The position numbers and the translations under genes are program-made. A DNA stretch of 63,945 nt, the filler included, from Aduncisulcus paluster (Eukaryota), in assembly GCA_024181965.1 (NCBI GenBank). It is 12 parts of 12 records of this genome, joined end to end, with 100 filler letters (N's around TTAATTAATTAA, not from the genome) between each part and the next. Parts side by side here need not be neighbours in the genome. Positions count along the whole stretch, not along the records: positions 1 to 15,094 come from BQXS01012353.1; 11 more parts are not named here. One strand, given 5' to 3'. Numbering within the stretch: position 1 is the stretch's first letter; each line of letters begins with the position of its first letter. This document shows positions 1 through 9,900 of this stretch, one piece after another. The notes beneath the pieces were generated by a model. The model was not told the origin of the DNA, did no database searches, and worked only from the letters and a program-made list of their open reading frames with translations.

Positions 1-2
1 AA

Positions 3-65
3 CAAGAGAGAATGAAATATGAACTTGCAACCATTGAACGATTATCGATGCTTCCCTGGTTATAG
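3..65 (+). CDS. 3' end of a member of the expanded domain family (5' part outside window)
   Basis: Reads QERMKYELATIERLSMLPWL*, the same C-terminal ERLSxxPW tail seen at 1071-1100, 13764-13793 (-) and the end of 15850..16947. Confidence 0.75.
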   Translation, partial: QERMKYELATIERLSMLPWL

Positions 66-456
66 CTGATCCTTCATATCATCGTTTCCACAAGGATTGA
101 ATACAACTTCTTTCCTGATAACAATCATATTGTATGAACCATCCCTTCCTGTCATGTCTTGAGATATGATGGATACCATGTGTATATTGTCACTTTCATG
201 TTTATATCGCTGTATTGTCAATAATGTCAACAATGTCTGAGTACGCCTTATTTGGAGAACAAATGTGTTTACAAAATAAATAATTTATTATCATGTATTC
301 ATATTAATAATGATAATAAACAACTATTTTGGATATTATTGTTCTGTTCCAAGACAATTATAAAAACGTGTTTTTCTTTGCAATTGGAAGGTTATTGGTG
401 TTTATTATTTTATTTAATTTGATATTGGATAATCCATAGTTGTGTTATTGTTTGTG

Positions 457-1014
457 ATGAGAATTATTGGCAAATGTATTCTGGATATTGGATCATATCG
501 GGACTGTGACAAAGTGATTAAAGGCCCCTACCCTGTGGGTCATCCAGATCTATCTGAAATTGATGGATCTAAAGCTTATGGGGATTATTCTTTTGATGAT
601 AATCATTCTAGTTTAGTACGATTCTTAAAAGGCGAAAGAGCCTTCCATTTCAATCCCAATTTACATCTCCCTTTTATTTCACCACATTATCTCAGTAAGA
701 TTGTTGTAAGTAACCATAGTTTTCCTCATGGAATCAAAGATTTCGATGCCACATTCACAACATCAGATGGCAAGAAGATTACAAAAGAATATCAAATGGG
801 AAAGATGCCTCCAGAGCATTATTTCTGGCAAGAGTTCCCGATAGATATTGATAATGTTATTTCTTGTGATATTCATGTTATATCGTCATGGAATGGAAAA
901 CAAAGAAACATTTTTATGCAAGCCATTCGATTCGTGATTGACAAAGAACAAGAGAAAATGAAAGCTGGGATGGAAAACAAGATTTTATTAATTTGCAAGC
1001 CATTCGATTTGTGA
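457..1014 (+). CDS. Family gene A1: single lineage-specific domain, probably a galactose-binding-like/DOC-type beta-sandwich; C-terminus disrupted by a 77-nt duplication
   Basis: ATG at 457 (MRIIGK) aligns with MMIVGK of the paralogue at 14332. Motifs IDGSKAYGD, LHLPF, PHGIKDFDATF, HYFWQEFPID. The normal tail (…ERLSMVPWL*) lies out of frame at 966-1100. The fold assignment is inference. Confidence 0.7.
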   Translation: MRIIGKCILDIGSYRDCDKVIKGPYPVGHPDLSEIDGSKAYGDYSFDDNHSSLVRFLKGERAFHFNPNLHLPFISPHYLSKIVVSNHSFPHGIKDFDATFTTSDGKKITKEYQMGKMPPEHYFWQEFPIDIDNVISCDIHVISSWNGKQRNIFMQAIRFVIDKEQEKMKAGMENKILLICKPFDL

Positions 1015-1373
1015 TTGACAAGAAGCGAGAGATAATTTTAGCCACCAAAGAGCATGAACTTCCAATAATTGAACGATTGTCTATGGTTCCCTGGTTGTAG
1101 AAGTTGATCTTGATGATCAAAATATTGATTATTTCTTTGATCCTCATTTCTTTGAATTTTGACGTTTCACTGCGATATTAATGGTTTATTTCCGATTATT
1201 ATTTTCTAAAACAACTCATTTTCGTGTGTCTTACAACTAATACGATTGTTTTATGCGGCCTGGAGAGGTTAACTTGGGATTCGCCCTCACATTTCTATTT
1301 TTGGGACGGTCGCAAGATTCAGAAACTATTTCTGTTTTTTCCTTGCACAATATATTTATACGCTTGATACATA

Positions 1374-1973
1374 ATGCCAGAGGATGGTTGGGCTATAAAA
1401 GATCTTGGGACTAGTCTCTCGTCTCTTTTTAAGTTTAAACCCTGGGAAAACGAAGATGAACCTGACTTTACAATTCAACAAGTTGCTAAAATTGATGAGA
1501 GCAAAGCTTATGGTGATATAAATCCCAAATATCGCGATGGAAAGAGGGAATTAAAAAAGTTCTTAAAAATGGAAAGACATTTTTACTTCAAATCTGAATT
1601 GATCCTTCCATTTGTTAAACCAGAACAGATAAGTGCGTTCGCTGTAAGCCATCACAATTGGCCATGGGGAATCAAATACTTCAATGCCACTTTCATGGTT
1701 AAATCAGAATCTGGTCGTACAGAGGCCATTACCAAGGAATACGAGATGGAAAAGCCGCATGGTGAACCTCATTACTTTTGGTATGGATTCGATGTCGATC
1801 TTGAGAATGTTGTTTCTTGTAAAATTAAAATCCTTTCTACATGGGATGGTGACCTTACACAAAACCATTTCAACGGGATTTTTTTCGCGCGTGATTCTAA
1901 GAAGATGAGTGCTGATGATTCCCATGGAAGTGTTGCTGATGATGCTGGTGAATGCCGTTGTATGATACTGTAA
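1374..1973 (+). CDS. Family gene B1: same domain with C-terminal CaaX box (CRCMIL)
   Basis: Intact 199-aa ORF sharing IDxSKAYGD, LPF, WPWGIK, HYFW and SCKIKILSTW motifs with gene A. Ends C-M-I-L with an upstream Cys. Confidence 0.85.
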   Translation: MPEDGWAIKDLGTSLSSLFKFKPWENEDEPDFTIQQVAKIDESKAYGDINPKYRDGKRELKKFLKMERHFYFKSELILPFVKPEQISAFAVSHHNWPWGIKYFNATFMVKSESGRTEAITKEYEMEKPHGEPHYFWYGFDVDLENVVSCKIKILSTWDGDLTQNHFNGIFFARDSKKMSADDSHGSVADDAGECRCMIL

Positions 1974-2293
1974 CAATGTTTCACGTCTTAGACGATGGTC
2001 TCAAAACGTGGTATTATTTACGTAATCTTCAAGATTAAATCTTGGTACGTTTCATGTTCACAAAAAGTAAAGCCTTTATTCTAAAACATCTTGCATTTGT
2101 CTATTCGTATTCACTTGTCGATTGGAGTGACTCTCCCTCTTACGGTGTAACTCTCTACGGTTGAGAGTCTGATCATCACGATTCGATCTTTTTCATGCCC
2201 ATATAAAATTGCGTTTAGAAGAATATCTAAATGCTCAAAAAGTAAGAGCGTTCCGGTTAATCAGTGCTAATAATAGTGTGCATACCATTTCAC

Positions 2294-2458
2294 TCACAAA
2301 TGAGCACACCATCCCCAATAACAGGCACAGATATTCTCCATGTTTGTGGCTTGAGCAATAAGCTTCAAAACTTGATTTTCAGCAGACAAAACTTCTGAAT
2401 TGCATCGAGATGCATCAAAGAAATCGTTCTTTCCCGTGGTCAAAGCTGCCAAATTGAA
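2294..2458 (-). pseudogene. Orphan FATC (PIKK/TOR C-terminal) coding fragment
   Basis: Manual translation gives FNLAALTTGKNDFFDASRCNSEVLSAENQVLKLIAQATNMENICACYWGWCAHL*, matching the TOR C-terminal pattern KLTGxDF…QVxxLIxQATxxENLCxCYxGWCxxW. In-frame TGA at 2459-2461 upstream and no usable start upstream of the motif. Confidence 0.75.
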
Positions 2459-2642
2459 TCATTTTTTCTGTCAATTACACGCCATGTTGTTGAATGATAT
2501 CAAGATATTTCGGGAATACATTTTATCATAACCATGAAATACAAAATATTACAGTAACTCATTGACTCACATTTAGTAAATCAAACAGTCTGCGTTGACT
2601 GACAGTCTCGGATCGCCCTTTTCTTGCTCATCAAATTATTGA

Positions 2643-5600
2643 ATGGATCCAAATGACTTTATGATTCAAGTCATTGATCGAAATGAGAAGTTTATTGAAA
2701 GTTCAGAAAAGGATTTCGCGGATCTTGCAAAACAACTTGTAATTGAAGAATCTTGCCGCGGATCATCAATTGATCGAGCAGATAATTATCATATCATCAC
2801 TATATTTGGATCTCAATCAAGTGGCAAATCAACTTTACTCAACAATATTTTTCAAACTCATTTCCCTGTTTTGGATGCTTCTGCTGGTAGATGTCAAACA
2901 ACAAGAGGTGTTTGGGCTTCAATTAACAAAATTTATGATGTCAAAAAGGAGAATATTGCCGATGAATCGGAATCTGACTCTGATCATGAATCATCTTCAA
3001 GTTCTTCTGTATCTCTAAAAACAGGAGATATCATGGTCTTTGACTGTGAAGGTACCGATTCAGTTGAACGAGGTGAACATAAACGTGGGACAGAACGTCG
3101 AATAAGCCTCTTTGCTGTTGCTTTAGCTGATGTCATTGTCTTTAATTTATTTGAAGTTGATATTGGTCGAGCAGATGCTTGTGGTTATTCTCTCCTCAGT
3201 TCTGTATTTACTGGACATGCTGATCTATTTGGACGAACTGCGCAAAAAACGAAACTCGTTGTTGTCATTCGAGACTTCACTGGTAAAACACCCCTCGAGT
3301 ATCTTTCCTCCAAACTCGAGGAGGATTTTATTAATTTGTGGGACCGTGGAAGTGGCACAAAGAAACCGGAACACCTTTCTGGAATGTCTTTGCAGGATTT
3401 TTTTTCTCTTGAGTTTATCCCTCTTCCAAGTGCTATTTATCGCGAATCTGAGTATTTTGAAGCTGTTCAGCATCTAAGAGAACGTTTTATTGATCCTACT
3501 CATGAATCTTATATCTTTAGATATGCCGATATGTCTCCCACTTCCTCTGAACTTGGTGATAAGACAAGAGACACTTTGGATCACAAATATCTCTCTCCTC
3601 GTGTGTCACATGTCAGTCGTCATCGTCGTGTGCCTTTATCCACGCTTGGTCGTTATGTCAGCAATGTATGGTCTACTATATGTGCTCACAAGGAACTCAA
3701 CATTCCTAGTGAACGCGCACTGCTTATTCGTTCAAGAGCCAATGAAATTAGCCGAGAATGTGTGGTTAGATGTGAATCTGAATATCAAAAGCTTGAGAGA
3801 ATTCTTCGGAAAGCAAAGGAAAGAGTTGGAAACCACGATGAAGCCGCCATAAGAGCTGTAAATCCTGATATCAAGAGAAGTCGCGATGAATATGATCTTT
3901 CTGAAGCATCAGAAGTATCTTCTTCGGCTGATGCTTCAATGGACACTGATGTTATGCTGGTTGCTCTCAAACAACGCTCCTCTTCTCAAGCTATTTCTGG
4001 AGGTGTCAATGAGCCATCCATTCAGACACCACCATCCCTTTCAACTGTCACAATTGATGTTTCTCAGCCCATTGTTAGCGTGAAGCATTGTCGAGCTGTT
4101 CGTTCTGCTCTACTCTCCCCTCTTCCTCTTTCTTTGTCTCTATACGACTCAAAAATGAGCAGATATGAGCATTACGAAGTTCTGAAGGTTCGTAAATCTA
4201 TGGTAGCTGAGATGGATGTCCTTGGACAATCTAGTCGTGAAGTTGCTGTCTCTGCCTGTCAGGAACAATGTATTCATATCCTCAAAGGTGTCATTCAGAG
4301 AGTTCGAAGCTCCATCCAAGAGTTCATGAGTATATCCATCCGTGATATGACTGATATTATCTCTAACAGTGCCCTTCTCCGTCTTTTCGAGAGAGGTTGG
4401 GGTACTTCTACGTCTCTTCCTGATTCATTCGAGAACGAAGAAGAGGAAGATGATATTCGTGACGATGATGATTATTCTGAAGAGGAGGAGCCAATGGTTT
4501 CTTCAAATAAGGCACAAAAGGAACACGGTAAATCGTACAAAGAAAAGGAAGTCAAGAGCAAAATCATATCTGGGAAATCCTCCTCATCTTTTGCGATGAA
4601 ACACTCCAAGTTACGGCATTGTGATAGTGGAATGGTTGGAGTAGGAGTTGATGCGTGCCAACTTTTATCCCTCCACATTAAAGACGATCACCATAAGCTT
4701 TCGCTCCCTTTCACTCATTCTACTTCCGAAAAGGAGTGGAGAGAAGAGAAAGTGAGACGTGATATGCATTCAGATTCACCTGAAGATGACATGCTTTTCA
4801 GGACACTCGTATATGACAGTTTCATCCAAAAAAGAAGTGATGGAGCTGGAGATATGGAAAGAAGCGAAACATTCGGAAACTCTAACGTTGCTGTTGCCTA
4901 TGAATCGTATTTAAGTAAGGTTATTGATGAAGTATTTGACATTATCCATTCAACCGAGTGCAAACTACCTTCAGTTCCCTCGAAAATACCCCATTCTTTG
5001 TCTGAAATTGGTAGATGTGCCCTCATTTCTCTTCAAGAAAGCCATAAAATTGTGCACAATTGGTTGCATAATTCAATAATTATGTGTTCTCTATGTGTTT
5101 CTTTGTCTCACGTCACTGATGCTGCCCGTGCATGTGCCTCTTCTTTGCTAACCGCTGCTTTGTATGAATTGAATTCCATTGCATCCATGTGCAAAGAATC
5201 GATCGAGAAGTTTTGGACCTCGATCACTGAGAGCAGTGTTCGGATAGGCGTTGAGGAAGTGTTATGTTATGGTATCAGTGAGTGCGAGCAGAAGTGGGTA
5301 GCCAAGGAGAAAGAGGTTGCTCAGATAATCAAATATAAGGAGGATGGTCTTCACCCTATCTGGGTTAAAATTAGTGAAGGAAGACAACGTGTCTTGTTGG
5401 CTTGCTGTGGTGCCTTATTCAGAGATCTCTATTATATTAATCGGCTCTTAGACAGCAGGATATGTGCTCAATCTGCTGGTATATCTGTCAAGAGCACAAC
5501 AGGCAGTTCTTTGGGAACTTCTCCATCCAGGAAATGCCGATCCCCAAAGGTGTCATTGGCTATGTTCCCACGCTCAGATTCCCTCTTAAAGCTTTTTATT

Positions 5601-6488
5601 TCCCTCGATCTTACAATATGCGATATTATTCTTGGTGCTGCAAAGAGCATTGCAGATGGAATTGGAGAGAAATCACGCAAACATTTCGACCGTATTTTCT
5701 TGTTAAATTCTGATGGAACCCCTTTCACTTTTTCGCAGTATGATGTTGATGAGCGGTACCAGTTTGCATTCAAGGCAGTTGTTTTCCATGATCTTGATAT
5801 GCTTCACAGTGCCTTTTTGCTGCCTCTTTCCATAAAAGCTCTCAATTCTGTTTGGAACAATGTTTCTCACTTTGTCATTACTGAGGATTTATCCCTTTCA
5901 CCATCCATCCATCAGTCAAAGGATCCTCTTTTCTTGACATCTTCAGCATTGGTCCAATTCAAAGAGATGGTCTTCATATCAACAAAGCAATATATGACCC
6001 ACAAGGAGCATTTGTATGCACATGCGTACAGAAGACACGCAGAAATGAGTAGAAATGCGACCTCGGGTGCCATGAAGCAAAATGGTGCCTCCGCCCTTGT
6101 GAAATTGGCTCGTTTGCAAATGAACAATGTCAGTCTCAAGGGAATATTTGATGTTGTGAAAGAGATTCCCACCCTTGTTTGGGGAATTCTTGTTTTTGCT
6201 TTCCGCAGGGATTTGTGGTACCTCATTTCTCATCCGTTTGTCGTATTGATTCTTTCTCTCCTCATTGGAGTCATATGGCTTGTTTGTTATTTGACTGAAT
6301 TTGACCCGATAAAATATTGTGGAAATTTTGTCATTTCATTGCGACTGATGGTGTACAATATTTTCAAAAAATTAGATCTTCTCCCTGCACCACAGTCGAT
6401 ACATAAATTATTCCATTTTGAACAATTTGAAAAGGTTGATCAAGAAAGTGAAGAAATGAAAGAGTTAAAGAGAAGAAAGAGCGAATAA
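2643..6488 (+). CDS. SEY1: Sey1/RHD3 atlastin-like ER-fusion GTPase, unusually long (1281 aa)
   Basis: GSQSSGKS P-loop, RCQTTRG, DCEG and RD motifs; HKELNIP after the G domain; two C-terminal hydrophobic segments. Confidence 0.9.
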   Translation: MDPNDFMIQVIDRNEKFIESSEKDFADLAKQLVIEESCRGSSIDRADNYHIITIFGSQSSGKSTLLNNIFQTHFPVLDASAGRCQTTRGVWASINKIYDVKKENIADESESDSDHESSSSSSVSLKTGDIMVFDCEGTDSVERGEHKRGTERRISLFAVALADVIVFNLFEVDIGRADACGYSLLSSVFTGHADLFGRTAQKTKLVVVIRDFTGKTPLEYLSSKLEEDFINLWDRGSGTKKPEHLSGMSLQDFFSLEFIPLPSAIYRESEYFEAVQHLRERFIDPTHESYIFRYADMSPTSSELGDKTRDTLDHKYLSPRVSHVSRHRRVPLSTLGRYVSNVWSTICAHKELNIPSERALLIRSRANEISRECVVRCESEYQKLERILRKAKERVGNHDEAAIRAVNPDIKRSRDEYDLSEASEVSSSADASMDTDVMLVALKQRSSSQAISGGVNEPSIQTPPSLSTVTIDVSQPIVSVKHCRAVRSALLSPLPLSLSLYDSKMSRYEHYEVLKVRKSMVAEMDVLGQSSREVAVSACQEQCIHILKGVIQRVRSSIQEFMSISIRDMTDIISNSALLRLFERGWGTSTSLPDSFENEEEEDDIRDDDDYSEEEEPMVSSNKAQKEHGKSYKEKEVKSKIISGKSSSSFAMKHSKLRHCDSGMVGVGVDACQLLSLHIKDDHHKLSLPFTHSTSEKEWREEKVRRDMHSDSPEDDMLFRTLVYDSFIQKRSDGAGDMERSETFGNSNVAVAYESYLSKVIDEVFDIIHSTECKLPSVPSKIPHSLSEIGRCALISLQESHKIVHNWLHNSIIMCSLCVSLSHVTDAARACASSLLTAALYELNSIASMCKESIEKFWTSITESSVRIGVEEVLCYGISECEQKWVAKEKEVAQIIKYKEDGLHPIWVKISEGRQRVLLACCGALFRDLYYINRLLDSRICAQSAGISVKSTTGSSLGTSPSRKCRSPKVSLAMFPRSDSLLKLFISLDLTICDIILGAAKSIADGIGEKSRKHFDRIFLLNSDGTPFTFSQYDVDERYQFAFKAVVFHDLDMLHSAFLLPLSIKALNSVWNNVSHFVITEDLSLSPSIHQSKDPLFLTSSALVQFKEMVFISTKQYMTHKEHLYAHAYRRHAEMSRNATSGAMKQNGASALVKLARLQMNNVSLKGIFDVVKEIPTLVWGILVFAFRRDLWYLISHPFVVLILSLLIGVIWLVCYLTEFDPIKYCGNFVISLRLMVYNIFKKLDLLPAPQSIHKLFHFEQFEKVDQESEEMKELKRRKSE

Positions 6489-6682
6489 TAATTTTTGAAT
6501 ATAATGTATATCATTGTCAACAATCAAAAAAATCTGTGTTTTCCCTATCAGTCTGCCAATTTTCTCATTGATTTATTTATATATCATTCAAACTTCACAA
6601 TGTGAACAAAAGTAAATAAAGTCATCAAAGTAAATACAATGTATATTATGTATATAAGGAAGCAAAAATAGAGAGAAAGAAA

Positions 6683-6713
<31 letters not shown>

Positions 6714-6929
6714 TTTGATTCGGATTATCTTGAGAAATCAGTAAAATATGATCTCAAATATATAATATAAATTTAAATGAATATGATCATAGATATGAAT
6801 AGCTAAATTGTGACATTGTAAAGTGAATGAAATTGAACGAATTACCAAATTGAAAACAAGAAGAAATGATAGTGGAAATTTTACAAAACAGAATTGTTTT
6901 TTCTTTTTTTTTCTTTTTCTTGTTTTATG

Positions 6930-9900
6930 TCAATTTGGAATTTCACTAAACACTTCTTCTTCAACAACTTGAGCTATCTGGAACATGCGTTTTTTATGGA
7001 TATCCTTCACACTTTCTCGAAAGAAAGAAAAAATCTCAAGCTCAAGCACAACTTCAACAATAAGCATCATCACAAAGTGCACAATGGCTATAAAAAGAAC
7101 AAATAGACAAAATGATCGATGTTCACGAACGTCAGTGAGTCCAAAAATAGAAATAGCCCAATCGGTGGGGAATAAGAGAAGCCAAGTGTTGATTCCAAGC
7201 AAAAGAAGGGCAGATATTATCAAGGGGACATTCTTGTGAAGTCCTTCAAGATGTGGTGAGTAAAAACAGAGAGCGATCCCACCAAATATGTACTGATAAT
7301 TTGTGAATAGAAAAGCAACAGTATTCTCCCAACAATAAACATTGTCGGACTTGGAGTCTTCATGCAGAGGAACGAACCAGGGCTGATGTTCAAGGGCAAC
7401 ACGGACGATAGCTTGGGATATGGCTGCAGTCAATGTATGGGCAACAACAGCCATCACAATCGGGGAACATATCAAACGACGCCAGCAAGGAGTTGATGCG
7501 AGTTTCTCAGTAGGCTTTTGTGAACACATCGCAATAGCAATAGGCCAGATAACAATAAGATCGGTCCAAATCCATTGGAAATCAGATAGATTGCTGTTTA
7601 TCCAATACAAAGACGAGACACATATGAATTGAAACATAGAATAAAGTATCATAAACTTAAAACCTCGAAATGATGTGACAAGAGAAGCACGGCCGATGGA
7701 GAGAAGAGTGTGAGCAGCGTTAAGGGAAGAACTCTGAGAGGTGATTGGGGCAGCAACAGAGGCTTGGTTCTCATGATTGGAATGATGCTTCTTTCTTCTC
7801 CTCCTCCTCCTCTTCTTCTTCTTTTGACTTTTCTCCATTCCAACAACAGAGGAATTGCCTAAAGATGAGCCAACAGAAGAGGAACAACTACCGGAGTATG
7901 ACATCAGTGTGGACGAGGAACAGGAGGAGGAACCAGGAGGTCCCTCAAGCTGGGATTGAGACATTGGGCAAGAACCCTTGGAGGATTTTGTGCTACAATA
8001 TTCATCGCTACCAACAAGGAGTTTGTTGTCTTCACAAATGATGGCCATATCCCCACGTTCCAAATCAACACCAATATCCAAAGAACAAGGTGGTGCATCA
8101 ATCTCAAAGGTTGTGGCTCCATTCTCTTCCTCAACATCAACATCAGAGTCTTCGTTATCCTTTGGATCTTCAGTATCATTGGCACGGAGAGACATCCCGA
8201 CACTAGCACATCTGAGTGCACCCACATCATTCCCTCCGTCACCTATCATCATCACACGACATGCAAGACTCTGAAGAATGTTAATGATCTGCACTTTCTG
8301 GAAAGGTTTCACTCTACCGAACACACATGCATACTGCATCACTCTTTCAAGGGTGGTGGGAGAGGTCGAGGGGTTGACGGAGATGTGGACATTCTCTTCA
8401 TCAACTTCGCCTTCTTCTTGAACATCACACACAGCAGAGGATACCTTGGAGTCCTCACGTGAAGGAGATCTGGTTGAGGGAACTGTCGCACCACTGGTCA
8501 TAGCAATAGGGAGAGAATCATCCTCATTGTCACCAAGAATATCACGGACTGGTGACTTGGACAACAAACTTACACCTTCATGAAGAAGTTCTTCTTCTTC
8601 TTCTTCTTCTGCAAACCTTTCGTTGATATTGGCAACGATATCATTACTTTTAGAAGCAGAAAAACGAGACGACCTGATGAGAGAAATCACAGGAGAAGAT
8701 GATTTCCTCTTTTTAGAAGTACGGAGACGGGCAAGTTCAGCTTCTTCTTTCTGCCTCGCAATAACTTCCAACCTGTGCTTCACGACCGTTTCGTGATCTT
8801 TCACAAGCAGTTCCAAAGCAGCTCCACTCACGGCCACACGGTATCCATGAGAGTGGGTGAAAATGGGGACTTGGTGCGCAGTTCCAGAAGCTAACGACTT
8901 GGAGAGGGAAGAAAGAGAAGAGGAGGAGAAGGCAAGGGAGCCACCCTGACCTGCAGCACTGGAAACAGAAAGAGTTGAGATGGATTCGGCATCATCATTA
9001 TCAGTGGAAGCCTCAAGACAGGTAACTGGACGGAGAGAAACAGGATCCAAAGAAGGAGGCAAGTGGCGGCGAGTGTTGGTACATTCCACAACATTCCAAG
9101 AGATCTCATCTTCACCAGAGATGGGGTTCTTCGTCACGACACTGTGGTAGACTACATCATCCTCGTTAACAACCCCTCCCTGAACACTTACATTGACACC
9201 TGTGAGAACAGCGTCGCCTGTGGCAATGATAACAGGCACGCCACATTGTCTAATCGTGGAAATGGCTCCAAGAGAATGCTGTTTGAGGGGGTTACTAACA
9301 ACAACGAGACCAAGGAACTCGAGAGAATGTTCAACTTCATCACGGGAACATGTAATCAGATCAAGGGGAGCCGTGGAGGTGGAATCAAGGTCATCAGAGG
9401 AAGATCCGAGCGCAACATATAGTTCAGAGTCATCTCCAGTAGCTCCAGAGTCCATAGGAACTCTTTTGAATGTCTTTCTGGCACATGCAATAACTCGGTA
9501 ACCCATCTCTTCAATATTCTTCAGGGTACCATGGATTGCCAAGGGGACAGACTCAGGATTAGACAGTGAAATGATCACATCGGGAGCTCCTTTAACATAC
9601 AGTTCCCTGACACTCTCACTCAGAGTCCTAGATTCAGATTCAGATGAGGAGGAGGAGGAGGAGGAGGAGGAGGAGAGGAGAGGAATAGTATCATCCAAAT
9701 AAGCACATAATACACTCATACGCTTGGTCTCGGAAGAAAATGGGAAACGACGAACAATGAGGGAGGTAGGGATGTTGATTCTTGTTGGATCCTCAGCAAT
9801 AACGCCACAAATTGATTTAGAAATGACAGGGGGCATCGTGATAGAGCGGGCAATTGAAGAACTAGGTGATAAGTAAGCCTTTGATTGTTTCAGCCAAATG

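Larger units (their letters stand above)
457..2112. repeat. Left arm of ~1.6-kb inverted duplication (partner 12827..14332)
   Basis: Gene A, spacer, gene B and 3' flank recur in reverse complement. The spacer 1101-1373 differs from 13491-13763 at 8 of 273 nt by manual comparison. Confidence 0.95.
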
